Source: Candidatus Undinarchaeota archaeon (GTDB lineage: Archaea > SpSt-1190 > JASMDC01). Taken from it: 64,000 nt of DNA. This document shows positions 10,514 to 20,509 of this stretch, piece by piece. Each line of letters starts with the position of its first letter. Position 1 is the first letter of the stretch. The stretch spans positions 1 to 64,000 of the forward strand of contig CAZFHY010000005.1 of assembly GCA_964519305.1 (NCBI GenBank). The letters run 5' to 3'. Both the position numbers and the translations under genes were made by a program. The notes beneath the pieces were generated by a model. That model searched no databases. It saw nothing but the letters and a program-made list of their open reading frames with translations, and had not been told where the DNA came from.

Positions 10514-11248
10514 CTATTCAGGGGTAACATTGGTGTCAGGAGTGCCGATCGCAGACGATTGCAGGCATTGTGCCTTGTAGTAGGAGTGCTCGCTCATCTC
10601 CTCGCATATCGCGGGGTCCTTTCTGGACGTGGCCACGTTGAAGAGGCACACGTCACGGGGTCCGATGTCCGTGATAGCACGGCATACAGCGGGATCGCTC
10701 GCGCCCGCGACGAGGTTGGTAATGCATAGATCGCGTTTTGCCGCCCGTTCGATGGAAGAGCACATGGACAGGTCCCTGGTGACGAAGGCCCTGCACTCAA
10801 CTCGATCGTCCTGGCCCTCCATCTTGTCGCACGTCGTGAGGTCGCCGGTCCGGTTGGCCACCCGCCGGATGCATGCGGTCCGCTCGTGGAGGATGTCATG
10901 TCCCAGACACTCTGATATGTCACCCTCGCCGAGCGGGGGGGACGCTGTTGCCGAGGCATCCGTACCGTTCCCTTCTTCAATAGCCCAGTCGTCGTCCGGG
11001 AGCGTGGCATCGCTCCCGGGGGCGTTATCCCCGGTAGGAAAGAAGAACCAGGTGGCCAGGAATCCCACGGCGATTAGCCAGACTATCACGACCACGGCGG
11101 CCTTCAGTGACGTGTCGGAGGATTTGCCACCCAGGGCCGCCTCGACCTCAGCGGGATCGTATCCCTGGGACGTGAGGTTCTCGCGGAGGTTATCATCGGT
11201 ATAGCCCTGCTCGCGCCAGTACCTGACATAGTCCTCCAGTTGGCCCAT
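10514..11248 (-). CDS. Single-pass membrane protein with extracellular C-x2-I-x5/6-RD-x-C repeats
   Basis: N-terminal helical YVRYWREQGY...QGY domain, one TM helix, repeats such as CSSIERAAKRDLC and CRAITDIGPRDVC. Confidence 0.8.
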   Translation of the reverse strand: MGQLEDYVRYWREQGYTDDNLRENLTSQGYDPAEVEAALGGKSSDTSLKAAVVVIVWLIAVGFLATWFFFPTGDNAPGSDATLPDDDWAIEEGNGTDASATASPPLGEGDISECLGHDILHERTACIRRVANRTGDLTTCDKMEGQDDRVECRAFVTRDLSMCSSIERAAKRDLCITNLVAGASDPAVCRAITDIGPRDVCLFNVATSRKDPAICEEMSEHSYYKAQCLQSSAIGTPDTNVTPE

Positions 11249-11281
11249 CCGAATGGTAGATGGCGCCCAAGATAGATAAGA

Positions 11282-12841
11282 TTACTCTTCACGGCCGAGG
11301 CGTTCGATGGCAGCAGTTACCAGTGCTGCACTGTCACGGACGTCACGCACGTCCCCGGTCTCGGGGATATTGTGCATGTTCTCGATGGGGATCGAGAGCA
11401 CGGCCGTGTCCACATCAGCTTCGAAGTATGGCAGACCGTCAGTGGTCCTGATATCGAACCGGTACGAGTAGGGTGATACCTGGGTGGCCATACCGAGTTC
11501 CTCACCCGCGGCGAACAGAGCATCGGTCGCCTCGTGCGCAACGGACTTCGGGGCCTTAGTGATGACTGGACCGCCGCCCATCTCTACGCGGTCAAGGTAC
11601 GTCACGTCCACGGCTATGGCATAGTCAGGGTGGATCTTCTCAGCTATGTGACCTGCACCGACCTGCCCGATCTCCTCCATGGAGGCACCGACAATGTAGA
11701 CCGTTGGACCATCGCTGCCACGCTCCCCGAGGTTGCGGGCAACGTCCATGAGCACGGCCACGCCAGCGCGGTCGTCCAGGGCCTTGGTGGTGATGCGGGT
11801 CCCGTCGAGCTGTGGTTCATAGTCGTGGTTCCAGTGAGGTACCTCGTCAATGTGGGCGTCCACGAGCACCGATGGACCGGTGCCGTGCTTGACCCCCACG
11901 AAGTTGTTGTGCTCGTCTATGTAGCACTCGTCGAGGTGCTGAGAGAGGTTCTCCACCAGGTACTCGGCCACGGGACGTTCACGTCGGCTGGGCGCGTACA
12001 TGCTCGTGAGCTCGATGAGGTCCTGGGTGACCTGGTCAGCGGGTTGCGGAGGGAGCATCTCCGGCCAAGTGGTCGTAGGATTCCGGTCGATCTGCTCGAG
12101 CGCACCCTTCACGACCTCGGCGGTGGCCCGAACATCGCGCACATCACCCACTTCAGGTACGCGGTGCATGTTCGCGATAGGTATGCACACTACTGCAGTG
12201 TCCATGCCCAGTTCCCTGTAGGGAAGAGCATCAGTGGTCTCCACATCGAAATCGTAATCATAAGGTGATACCTGAACAGGGATGCTGTGCGCCTTCCCAG
12301 CAGCAAAGAGAGCGTCGGTGGACTTGTGCGGTACGTTATCCGGTGCCTTCGTGATAACAGGTCCGTCGCCACGTCGCACATCGTGCATGTAGGTGACGTC
12401 AACAGATATGGCGTAATCAGCCAGCACCTCGGCCGCGACCTCACCGGCGCCTATCTGGCCGATCTCCTCCTTTGTGGCACCCACAAGGTACACTGTGGGC
12501 CCATCACTGCCCTGCTCATTAAGATAACGGGCGACGTCCAAGAGCACCGCCACACCGGTCCGGTCGTCCAGACCCTTTGCACGGATTGTGGTCCCGTCCA
12601 GCTGGGGCTCGAACTCACGGTACTCCTGCTTCCGGCGGGAGATCTCGTCGATGTGGGCGTCCACGATCACCGTGGGTCCAGTTCCGTACTTCACACCGAC
12701 GACGTTGTCGTTCATATCGATGTAGACATCGTCGAGGAGCGGTTCGAAACGATTGAAGAGGTACTCGGCCATCTCCGCCTCATGGCCGCTTGGTGCATAC
12801 ATGCCCGTAAGTTCAAGTAGATCTTCGACGATCTCATCCAT
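11282..12841 (-). CDS. M42/M20-clan metallopeptidase with two tandem catalytic domains
   Basis: Each half carries DAHIDE, LDDR, EEIG, VDVT and NMH metal-ligand motifs. Confidence 0.85.
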   Translation of the reverse strand: MDEIVEDLLELTGMYAPSGHEAEMAEYLFNRFEPLLDDVYIDMNDNVVGVKYGTGPTVIVDAHIDEISRRKQEYREFEPQLDGTTIRAKGLDDRTGVAVLLDVARYLNEQGSDGPTVYLVGATKEEIGQIGAGEVAAEVLADYAISVDVTYMHDVRRGDGPVITKAPDNVPHKSTDALFAAGKAHSIPVQVSPYDYDFDVETTDALPYRELGMDTAVVCIPIANMHRVPEVGDVRDVRATAEVVKGALEQIDRNPTTTWPEMLPPQPADQVTQDLIELTSMYAPSRRERPVAEYLVENLSQHLDECYIDEHNNFVGVKHGTGPSVLVDAHIDEVPHWNHDYEPQLDGTRITTKALDDRAGVAVLMDVARNLGERGSDGPTVYIVGASMEEIGQVGAGHIAEKIHPDYAIAVDVTYLDRVEMGGGPVITKAPKSVAHEATDALFAAGEELGMATQVSPYSYRFDIRTTDGLPYFEADVDTAVLSIPIENMHNIPETGDVRDVRDSAALVTAAIERLGREE

Positions 12842-13223
12842 TCCTATGTACCCCTGGCACCGTTTAGCAGGGTCCGCTGTTTAAAAACGTTTCGATTTTG
12901 GCCGGAACCCGGAAAGTAGAATACAGGCACGTATATCGTTCGTAGAGGACGAATCACTCCGGAAACGTAGATCGTCCACTCATCTTTATAACCCATGAAG
13001 GTAGGTAGAATTGCATGCTCGATCAGGGCATACCTACGTTCGACGGGCGGCTCTCCCACTATCAGGATTCCGAGGGGTGCGCTAGACAGTTGGACGAACG
13101 CGATCCCGAGATGGATGACCTCTCAGGCCTTCTCTGGGAGGACCTTTTCGCCATGCCATAGTGCCGCATGAGCCAATAGAATTTAAGCAATGACTCCGTT
13201 CTCTGGTGGCAGCAGGTAGACCC

Positions 13224-16200
13224 ATGGCCACAAAGCCGCCAATCGCAGGTCCTCGTCGCGCCCAGCGACTGCGCCAGCGGGACGAGCATATCGCTTCGGC
13301 CCAGGACCACGAGGACGCTGAGCGGTGGGTCAAGGCCGCCCGTGATTGGCTCCATGCCGGTCTACCTCTCCGAGCTGCATCTGCGTTCGCGAGGGTAGAG
13401 CGGTGGAGCGATGCTGCAGAGGCATATGAGGAGGCCGAGGAGTGGACCGACGCCGCCCGGGCCTGGTCGAAGGCCGGAGAGGCGATGGAGGCCGACGGTC
13501 AGTGGTACGAAGCATCACAGGCCCTCGACCGCGAGAGCGTCTGCCGCGAGCGTGTCCGGGAGGAGACCGAGACCCGTCGCAAGCTCCATGAAGCGACATC
13601 ACTCGAGGCCAAGGGTGAACCGGCAGAGGCCGCCAAGGCCTTCGAGGAGGCCGGGGAGCTCGTGCGCGCCGCGGAGAACTGGGAGGAGGCCGGACGTGAG
13701 CCCGAGGCAGCACGATGCCTCGAACGGGCCGGTGATAACGCTCGGGCCGCAGCTCTTTATGAGCATGCAGGGATGTGGCGGGAGGCCGCCGAGTGCCATC
13801 TCAGGGACGAGCGATGGACCTCCGCTGCCGAGGTCTTCGAGAGGGCCAAGGACCATCCTGCCGCCGCGACCTACTTCGAGCGCAGCGGGAACCTGGAGCA
13901 GGCCGCTGAGAACCGGGAACGTGGCGGTGACTGGGACGGTGCCGCCGCACTCTGGGAGCGGGTCGGGGAGCGTGCCCGGGAGGTCAAGGCCCTTGAGAAG
14001 GCCGGTCGTTGGGCAAAGGCGGCCAGCATCCACGAGGACCTCGGTGACCAGCGGAAGGCATCCGCCGCCTGGCGTAAGGGCATGCGCCCCGACCGGAGCG
14101 GCCGGAGCAGGGGCCTGGCCATGGAGGAGGCCGAGCGCTGGGACGACGCCGCCGAGGCCTGGGCCGAGATCGGTGAAGCGGAACGGGCCGCCCAGGACTG
14201 GGAAAAGGCCGAACGATGGGAACGGGCTGCTGAAGCCTGGCTCGTCGCCAGGTCGTACGCCCGTGCAGCGCGGGCCTTCGAGAAGGACCGGGACTGGTTC
14301 AATGCCGCGCTCAACTTCGGTGAAGCTGAGGCGTGGGACGACGCTGGAAGGAATTGGGAAAAGGTAGAGGAATGGAGCCGGGCCGCACGTGCATGGTCGA
14401 ACGCTAATGACCGGGCCGCTGCCGCACGTTGCTGGGGCCGGGCAGGCGAGTGGGAACGGGCCGCAGGCCACTACGAGGCCGCGGATGACCACGCTGCTGC
14501 AGGCGAGGCCTGGCGTCGAGCGTCACGGTGGTCCGAGGCCGCGCGTGAGCTGGAGGCCGCCCAGCAATGGAAGGACTCTGCTGAGGCCTATCAGAAGGCT
14601 GAACGCTGGTGGAAGGCCGCCATGTTGTTCGAGCGTGTCCGTGAATGGCCCACGGCCGCCGAGTGCTTCGAGAAGGCCAGGGACCTTCCCAAGGCCGCAC
14701 TGTACTATGAGCGTGCTGAGCGCTGGGCTGACGCTGCTCGTTGCCAGCTGGCCGTTAAGCGTTACCCGGACGCTGCTACTGCCCTAGAGCGCGCCGGTGA
14801 TCTGGAGAAAGCAGCGGCGGCCTGGGAGAAGGCCAAAGATTTCGCCAAGGCCGGTCGGGCGTGGGAGCGCCTCAAGCGATGGAGCCGGGCCGCTGCCGCG
14901 TTCCAGCGTGCAGGGATGCTCGCGGACGCCGCGTCGTCATGGGAGCGTGCCGAGAAGTTCAACAAGGCAGCAAAACTTTACGAAGGGAACGAGAACTGGC
15001 CTGCCGCGGCGCGCATGCTCAAGGCGGCCGGGAAGCCAGCGGCCGCCGCGTTCGAGAAGGCCAAGGACCTTGAAGCAGCGGCAAGCTGCTACGAGGATGA
15101 AGGTAACACTCTCCGGTCCGCCGAACTGTGGAAGGAGCTGGGGAACCTCCAGCACGCAGGCACCCTGTTCCTCGAATCGGGGCGGCCAGAGGATGCCGCC
15201 GCTGTCTTCGAGGAGAAGCTCCTTTGGAGCGATGCGGGTGATGCGTGGCGTTCTGCGGGACGGCTCGAGGATGCCGCACGGGCTTATCAGAAGGCCGAGC
15301 GTCAGGATGACGCTGCGACCTGCCTGGAAGAGGCGGGCAAGTACACCAAGGCCGGGCGTCTTCGAGAGGAACTGAAAGCCTACGTCACCGCCGCAGAGGA
15401 TTTCGAGCGGGATGCAAAGTGGGACCGCGCAGCTGCCGACTGGGAGCGCGCTGGACGATGGGAGGAGGCCGGACATGCCTGGGAACAGGCCAAGGATTCC
15501 GGCCGGGCTGCCGAAGCGTTCTCGCGGGCAGGCGATCCCTTGAGAGCGGCGTCCCTGTTCGCCAATGCAGCCCTCCACGAGCAGGCCGCCAAGTCCTATG
15601 AGAAGGGAGGGGACTGGGAGCACGCGGCCCTTTCCTGGGAGCACGTAGGCGAGCATGCCAAGGCCGCCCTGGCTTTGGAGAGAGCGACCGCTTGGGACCG
15701 TGCGGCTCGACGCTGGGAGGCCGCCGAGGAGCCCGCGCGAGCTGCAGCGGCGGCCGAGCGGGCTGGTCTTTTCGACGATGCTGCCCGTCTCTGGGAGGAG
15801 GCCGAGGAACTTGAGCAGGCGGCCGAAGCGAGCCAGCGCACGGATGACGCGGCCCGCACCGCACGTCTCTGGGATGCTGTAGGGAAGGGCGAGCACGCAG
15901 CACGCTTCCACCTTGCAGCGGGCGATCCCGAGAAGGCGGCACCGCTGCTCGAGCTTGCAGGGCGTACCAAGGACGCTGCTGCCGCATACGAGGACGCTCA
16001 CGACATCGCCAAGGCGGCCCAGCTCTACGAAGCGGCCGGGGACGTTACCAAGGCGGCCAGTCTCTACGAACGACTGGGCGAGCATGCTAAGGCCGCCAAG
16101 CTCCACGCCAGTCAGGCCAACGCACCCGAAGCTGCCCGGTTATACGAGTCCATGGGCGAGTTCGGGGACGCTGCCAAGTACTTCGAGGCCAGCGGAGACT

Positions 16201-17129
16201 TCTCCCGGGCAGGGGATAGCTACGAAAAAGGCGGTAAGTTCACCGAAGCGGCCATGAACTTCGCCCGTTCCGGGGACATGGCACGAGCGGGAGCAAGCTT
16301 CGCTGCCGCGAACGACTTCGCCCGGGCGGCGGAGGCGTTCACTGAGAACGGCGACCACATCCTGGCGGCCGAGCAATGGGATATGGCAGAGGAACCTGCC
16401 AAAGCGGCCGAGGCTTACGAGCGTGCCGAAGCGTTCGACAAGGCCGCCGAGGCATATGAACGTGCGGACGAACTTGAGAAGGCCGCACGTTTCTTCACTC
16501 TGGTCCGCTCCTTCGAGCACGCGGCAGAACTCTTCACAAAGCTCGGTCAGCATCGGGAAGCCGGCGTTTGTCTTGAGCGAGCTGAGCATTGGGACGATGC
16601 GGCGGAATCCATGGAACTGGCCGAGGACTGGGAGCGGGCTTTAGAGGATCACAAGCGGGCAGGTCAATGGGAGCGGGCCGCCAGCGTGTGCTTCAAACAG
16701 AACAGGCTCATGGACGGCGTGGACCTCCTGCTCAAGGCCGGGAAGAACGAGGACGCCGCGCGTCACCTATTCGAAAAGGCATCCCATACCATCATGGACC
16801 TTGACGACACCCGAACGCTCCTGGAACGCGCACAACGGATACACCGCACCGGCTCCATTGACGGTGCCCACCGCGTCGTCGCCGGCGCGCTCAAAGGCCG
16901 GCTCGCGGACATCCATAAAGGCACGTCCATGATGACCGACGACGCCGAGTTCGCCTTCCACGCCTCCAAGCGCTTCCTCCAGTTCGCGCGAGAAGAGGAA
17001 CACAAGCTCGCTGCGAAGGCGCCTCGTAAGGTCCAGCACGCGGTACGTATCTGCCCGGAGTGCGGCGAGGAGATACGGCTCGCTAAGGTGCCGAAGTTCT
17101 GTCCGTTCTGTTCCAAGCCGCTCGCGTAA
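13224..17129 (+). CDS. Giant alpha-solenoid repeat protein (13-aa SNAP/TPR-like repeats) with C-terminal zinc ribbon
   Basis: Continuous W/F-x-x-A-A-x-x-W/F/Y-E-x-A-G-x periodicity; terminal CPECG...CPFC. Confidence 0.85.
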   Translation: MATKPPIAGPRRAQRLRQRDEHIASAQDHEDAERWVKAARDWLHAGLPLRAASAFARVERWSDAAEAYEEAEEWTDAARAWSKAGEAMEADGQWYEASQALDRESVCRERVREETETRRKLHEATSLEAKGEPAEAAKAFEEAGELVRAAENWEEAGREPEAARCLERAGDNARAAALYEHAGMWREAAECHLRDERWTSAAEVFERAKDHPAAATYFERSGNLEQAAENRERGGDWDGAAALWERVGERAREVKALEKAGRWAKAASIHEDLGDQRKASAAWRKGMRPDRSGRSRGLAMEEAERWDDAAEAWAEIGEAERAAQDWEKAERWERAAEAWLVARSYARAARAFEKDRDWFNAALNFGEAEAWDDAGRNWEKVEEWSRAARAWSNANDRAAAARCWGRAGEWERAAGHYEAADDHAAAGEAWRRASRWSEAARELEAAQQWKDSAEAYQKAERWWKAAMLFERVREWPTAAECFEKARDLPKAALYYERAERWADAARCQLAVKRYPDAATALERAGDLEKAAAAWEKAKDFAKAGRAWERLKRWSRAAAAFQRAGMLADAASSWERAEKFNKAAKLYEGNENWPAAARMLKAAGKPAAAAFEKAKDLEAAASCYEDEGNTLRSAELWKELGNLQHAGTLFLESGRPEDAAAVFEEKLLWSDAGDAWRSAGRLEDAARAYQKAERQDDAATCLEEAGKYTKAGRLREELKAYVTAAEDFERDAKWDRAAADWERAGRWEEAGHAWEQAKDSGRAAEAFSRAGDPLRAASLFANAALHEQAAKSYEKGGDWEHAALSWEHVGEHAKAALALERATAWDRAARRWEAAEEPARAAAAAERAGLFDDAARLWEEAEELEQAAEASQRTDDAARTARLWDAVGKGEHAARFHLAAGDPEKAAPLLELAGRTKDAAAAYEDAHDIAKAAQLYEAAGDVTKAASLYERLGEHAKAAKLHASQANAPEAARLYESMGEFGDAAKYFEASGDFSRAGDSYEKGGKFTEAAMNFARSGDMARAGASFAAANDFARAAEAFTENGDHILAAEQWDMAEEPAKAAEAYERAEAFDKAAEAYERADELEKAARFFTLVRSFEHAAELFTKLGQHREAGVCLERAEHWDDAAESMELAEDWERALEDHKRAGQWERAASVCFKQNRLMDGVDLLLKAGKNEDAARHLFEKASHTIMDLDDTRTLLERAQRIHRTGSIDGAHRVVAGALKGRLADIHKGTSMMTDDAEFAFHASKRFLQFAREEEHKLAAKAPRKVQHAVRICPECGEEIRLAKVPKFCPFCSKPLA

Positions 17130-17135
17130 GCAGTA

Positions 17136-17771
17136 TCACTGACCCGGCTGGAGGTTCATCGCTCCGCAGCGCTTGCAGCAGCGGTACTCCGTAGGGCCTC
17201 GGTACACGATGGTGAAATCGGTGAGCTCCCGCTCGCAATGCCCACATTTCAGAGCACGCGAATCCTCGACCTGCTGAGCGTATACGATGATGCCGCTCTT
17301 GCCAGGGGGCATGGACGCCGTACCGGCGTGTGGGCCAGTCAACTCCTTCCGCGGTTCTCGCCGCCCTTCGTCACGTTTCCTGCGATGATGCTGCCGCGAT
17401 CCTGGTCGATCGCCCTTTGCGGGGGCTGGTGACGGAGCGGGAGTTCGCTCGATCCCCTCACGGGGAGCCGAGTCATTCTTCCTTCCCCTCCGTCGCCGGC
17501 GCCGCTTCGGACGCTCACCGGACCGCTCGAAGTAGACCTTTTGTCCCTCGAGGTCGACCTCGGCCACCTTCCAGCTCGCGGTGAGCCAGGCGTTGGCAGG
17601 GGACCGGGGACCTTTGGTCTCGTTGGTCCACCACTCGGACTTCTCCAGTGCGCGCGCCGGGAGATCTGCGCCGAGGATACGCCGTTCGATTGTGGAGAAC
17701 TTCAGGCACAGTTTCCGGCGGCCTTCCTTGGCCAGGAAATCGGTCAGCGGCTGGTATTTATTGCCAGTCAA
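17136..17771 (-). CDS. DUF7662-like N-terminal domain, basic linker and zinc ribbon
   Basis: KYQPLTDFL...FSTIE..LP..A...WWTN...AW pattern; RRRRRR linker; CGHC...CKRC. Confidence 0.7.
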   Translation of the reverse strand: MTGNKYQPLTDFLAKEGRRKLCLKFSTIERRILGADLPARALEKSEWWTNETKGPRSPANAWLTASWKVAEVDLEGQKVYFERSGERPKRRRRRRGRKNDSAPREGIERTPAPSPAPAKGDRPGSRQHHRRKRDEGRREPRKELTGPHAGTASMPPGKSGIIVYAQQVEDSRALKCGHCERELTDFTIVYRGPTEYRCCKRCGAMNLQPGQ

Positions 17772-17822
17772 CGATCAGTGGATGGAGGGACAGGTTTATC
17801 AAGTCTTCCCCCCGGCAGCGAC

Positions 17823-18740
17823 CTATCGACCCTCGAACTCGCGGTGCGATGTCGCGATTGCCCCTGCGGCGGATGCGAGCACCATCGCCCCCCCAAGGCC
17901 CTGTAACGGCACGACAGGTTGGGCAAAGAAGAGCGCGGCCCACGTGGTCGTGAGCACAGGGTCGAGCAGGAGCACGATACCTTCCTCCGTAGGATCCACC
18001 TCGTCGGTGTCCACCATGGTCAGGAGTGTGTAGGGCCCCGTAGTGGCCACCAATGCGAACAAGAGGCCGATGATCACCGCGCGCCCGGTGGGCCAGGCAA
18101 GCCCTACGACCTCGACCGGGAGCGATGAGGAAGAGAGCGCCAGAGCAAGAACCACCAGGGACGGCAGGCTGAGCAGGAACACGGCCAGCTGGGCCCGTAG
18201 CGGTGGGTAGTCCCGTCGGGAGAGAGCGCGCTTGCCCCTGAGATAGAGCGCGTACATGAGTCCGGAGACGGCGGCCAGGATGACACCTGTACGGGTGGAG
18301 GGATCACCGGCGGGCTCACCGGCCACCAGTACTACCCCCACCATCGCCACAAGGACCAGACCGAGGCGGGATGGCCGGAATTCCTCCTCTCCGGCGACCA
18401 TGGCCATGATCATCGTCCAGAGGGGTTGTGTGTAGAGGAGGGCGACAGCAACAAGAGCGGAGGCGCCAAGGGCAAGGCAGGCGAGAAAGTCCAGCAGGAA
18501 CACGGAGAACAGGGTGCCCAGGCCAAGGAACAGTGGTAGGTCCTCGCGGTGTACCAATGGTCCCTCCAGACCGCGGAGGGCAGGAAGGAGAAGTAACACC
18601 GAGAAGCTCGAACGGAACGCTACCTGGATCAGAGACGATACGCCCTCTGCCTCGAGCATTTTTGCGAACACGAAGATGAACGAGAAACCGAAGGCCGCGG
18701 CCAGCACCAGCACATGACCTCGGGACAAGTGGTGCCTCAT
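17823..18740 (-). CDS. EamA/DMT family transporter
   Basis: About 10 TM helices in two repeats, LLYTQPLW, LLDPV. Confidence 0.85.
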   Translation of the reverse strand: MRHHLSRGHVLVLAAAFGFSFIFVFAKMLEAEGVSSLIQVAFRSSFSVLLLLPALRGLEGPLVHREDLPLFLGLGTLFSVFLLDFLACLALGASALVAVALLYTQPLWTMIMAMVAGEEEFRPSRLGLVLVAMVGVVLVAGEPAGDPSTRTGVILAAVSGLMYALYLRGKRALSRRDYPPLRAQLAVFLLSLPSLVVLALALSSSSLPVEVVGLAWPTGRAVIIGLLFALVATTGPYTLLTMVDTDEVDPTEEGIVLLLDPVLTTTWAALFFAQPVVPLQGLGGAMVLASAAGAIATSHREFEGR

Positions 18741-18860
18741 GCCATCTCACTCCCCATTCCTCGTACCAAAATAGCGCCTTCTGTCACCGTGCGACCGGGT
18801 GGCGGCACCGAGAGGAGGCTATTTATACTTTTCCGTCAGCTGAATTTCTCGGGGTACGAC

Positions 18861-19922
18861 ATGGACGTCGAATATGTAGATACCATTATCCTTCTTGAGG
18901 ACGAGCGCCCGGAGGACTACCTTGGGGTCTTCTCCAACTACGGTGGAGAGGTCACCCGTGAGTTCCACCTAATCAACGCGGTAGCGGTCAGGATGCCCGA
19001 GAACGAGCTCTACAAGCTCGAGGGCTACGACTTCATCCGCAAGGTCGAGCTGGACGGCGAGGTCCACGCGCTGAAGACCGAGACCGCCAACGCCTATGAG
19101 GGCTTCGGCTCCGGCCAGTGGGATATGGACAACATCCATGCCCCGGAGGCCTGGGAAGCTGGATACACCGGTAAGGGCGTCAAGGTGGCCGTAATCGACA
19201 CTGGTATCAATCATAAGCACGCCGACCTCGCCCCCAACTACAAGGGCGGGTACGACTTCGTCAACAATGACGACGACCCCCTCGATGACAATGGTCACGG
19301 CACACACTGCGCCGGCTCCATCGCCGCTAACGGCAAGATCAAGGGTGTCGCCTACGAGGCCGAACTCTACGGCGTGAAGGTGCTCAATGCCTGGGGCTCC
19401 GGTTCCTACTCCGGCGTCATCGCTGGCATCGAATGGGCCGTGGACAATGGCATGGACATCGCCTCGATGAGCCTCGGTGGCTCCTCTGGAACGGACGCCC
19501 TCCTCGAAGCGTGCGATGCTGCTCGCGAGAACGGCACCGTCATCGTAGCTGCCTCGGGTAACTCCGGCGGTTCTGTCGGGTTCCCGGCCGCGTACGATTC
19601 GTGCATCACCGTGGGCGCGGTGGACAAGCGCAACAACCTTGCGTCATTCTCCTCCCGCGGTCCGGAGATGGACGTCGTGGCACCCGGTGTCGACGTCTAC
19701 TCTACCTACAAGGACGGCTACAGGAAGCTCTCTGGCACCTCCATGGCAACACCCCACGTGGCTGGCTTCGTGGCCCTGCTCAAGCAGCAGGACATGTCCC
19801 GCGGGTTCGACGACATCCGCACCATCCTCCACGAGACCTCGACGGACAGGGGCGAGCCTGGCTTCGACGAGAAGTACGGTTACGGCCTCATCGACGCCAT
19901 CAAGGCCCTGGGCTTGGAGTAG
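18861..19922 (+). CDS. Subtilisin-like S8 serine protease with I9 propeptide, no obvious signal peptide
   Basis: VAVIDTG, HGTHCAG and SGTSMATPHVAG catalytic triad motifs. Confidence 0.93.
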   Translation: MDVEYVDTIILLEDERPEDYLGVFSNYGGEVTREFHLINAVAVRMPENELYKLEGYDFIRKVELDGEVHALKTETANAYEGFGSGQWDMDNIHAPEAWEAGYTGKGVKVAVIDTGINHKHADLAPNYKGGYDFVNNDDDPLDDNGHGTHCAGSIAANGKIKGVAYEAELYGVKVLNAWGSGSYSGVIAGIEWAVDNGMDIASMSLGGSSGTDALLEACDAARENGTVIVAASGNSGGSVGFPAAYDSCITVGAVDKRNNLASFSSRGPEMDVVAPGVDVYSTYKDGYRKLSGTSMATPHVAGFVALLKQQDMSRGFDDIRTILHETSTDRGEPGFDEKYGYGLIDAIKALGLE

Positions 19923-19934
19923 TCCGCTCTCCCC

Positions 19935-20486
19935 ATGTGGGAGGTCGAGCTGAAGGCATGGGCAGATCCCGCTCTAGAGAGCAGACTTGAGGCGCTCGGT
20001 GCCACCATGCTCAGGCGTGAGGTCATCGAGGACCTCTACTTCCACCACCCGGGCCGCTCCTTCGCCGAGACCGACGAGGAGCTGCGGGTGCGGACCGTGG
20101 ACGGGAAGTCGGGTTTCATCACCTACAAAGGCCCAAGCACCGACTCGACACGCCAGGCCAAGGAAGAACTGGAGACCCCCGTCCCCGACCCTAATGCCGT
20201 AAAGGTCGTGCTGCGTCGGCTCGGGTTCACCGATGCGATCTACAAGTGCAAGCGTTGCTCCCACTGGCGTATCGATGACGCCATCCTCACCGTTGGAGAG
20301 GTGGAAGGACTGGGTCTCTTCGTAGAGGTCGAGATCCCCACCGAGCGGGAGGGGGACGTAGCGGCCAACCGCGCGCGTTTACTCGGCTTCCTTGACCGGA
20401 TCGGCATCCCACGGGACAAGGTCGAGACCCGGTACTTCACCGAGATGCTCGCGGAGAAGGGATTGGGACGTCCGCCAAAGGCTTAA
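19935..20486 (+). CDS. cyaB: CYTH-domain protein (class IV adenylate cyclase family)
   Basis: EVELK, DLYF, LRVR, TYKGP, EELE, FVEVE. Confidence 0.85.
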   Translation: MWEVELKAWADPALESRLEALGATMLRREVIEDLYFHHPGRSFAETDEELRVRTVDGKSGFITYKGPSTDSTRQAKEELETPVPDPNAVKVVLRRLGFTDAIYKCKRCSHWRIDDAILTVGEVEGLGLFVEVEIPTEREGDVAANRARLLGFLDRIGIPRDKVETRYFTEMLAEKGLGRPPKA

Positions 20487-20509
20487 AAGAGGAGAACCCC
20501 TTCACTGGA

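Noticed and set aside
12844-13355. Short minus-strand ORFs upstream of the M42 peptidase
   Set aside because: No motifs, atypical composition, and two of the three overlap the solenoid gene start; probably a divergent promoter region
13330-17116. Many 100-390 aa overlapping ORFs within the solenoid gene (and similar ones throughout the window)
   Set aside because: Expected shadow frames in GC-rich, codon-biased DNA; none has recognisable motifs
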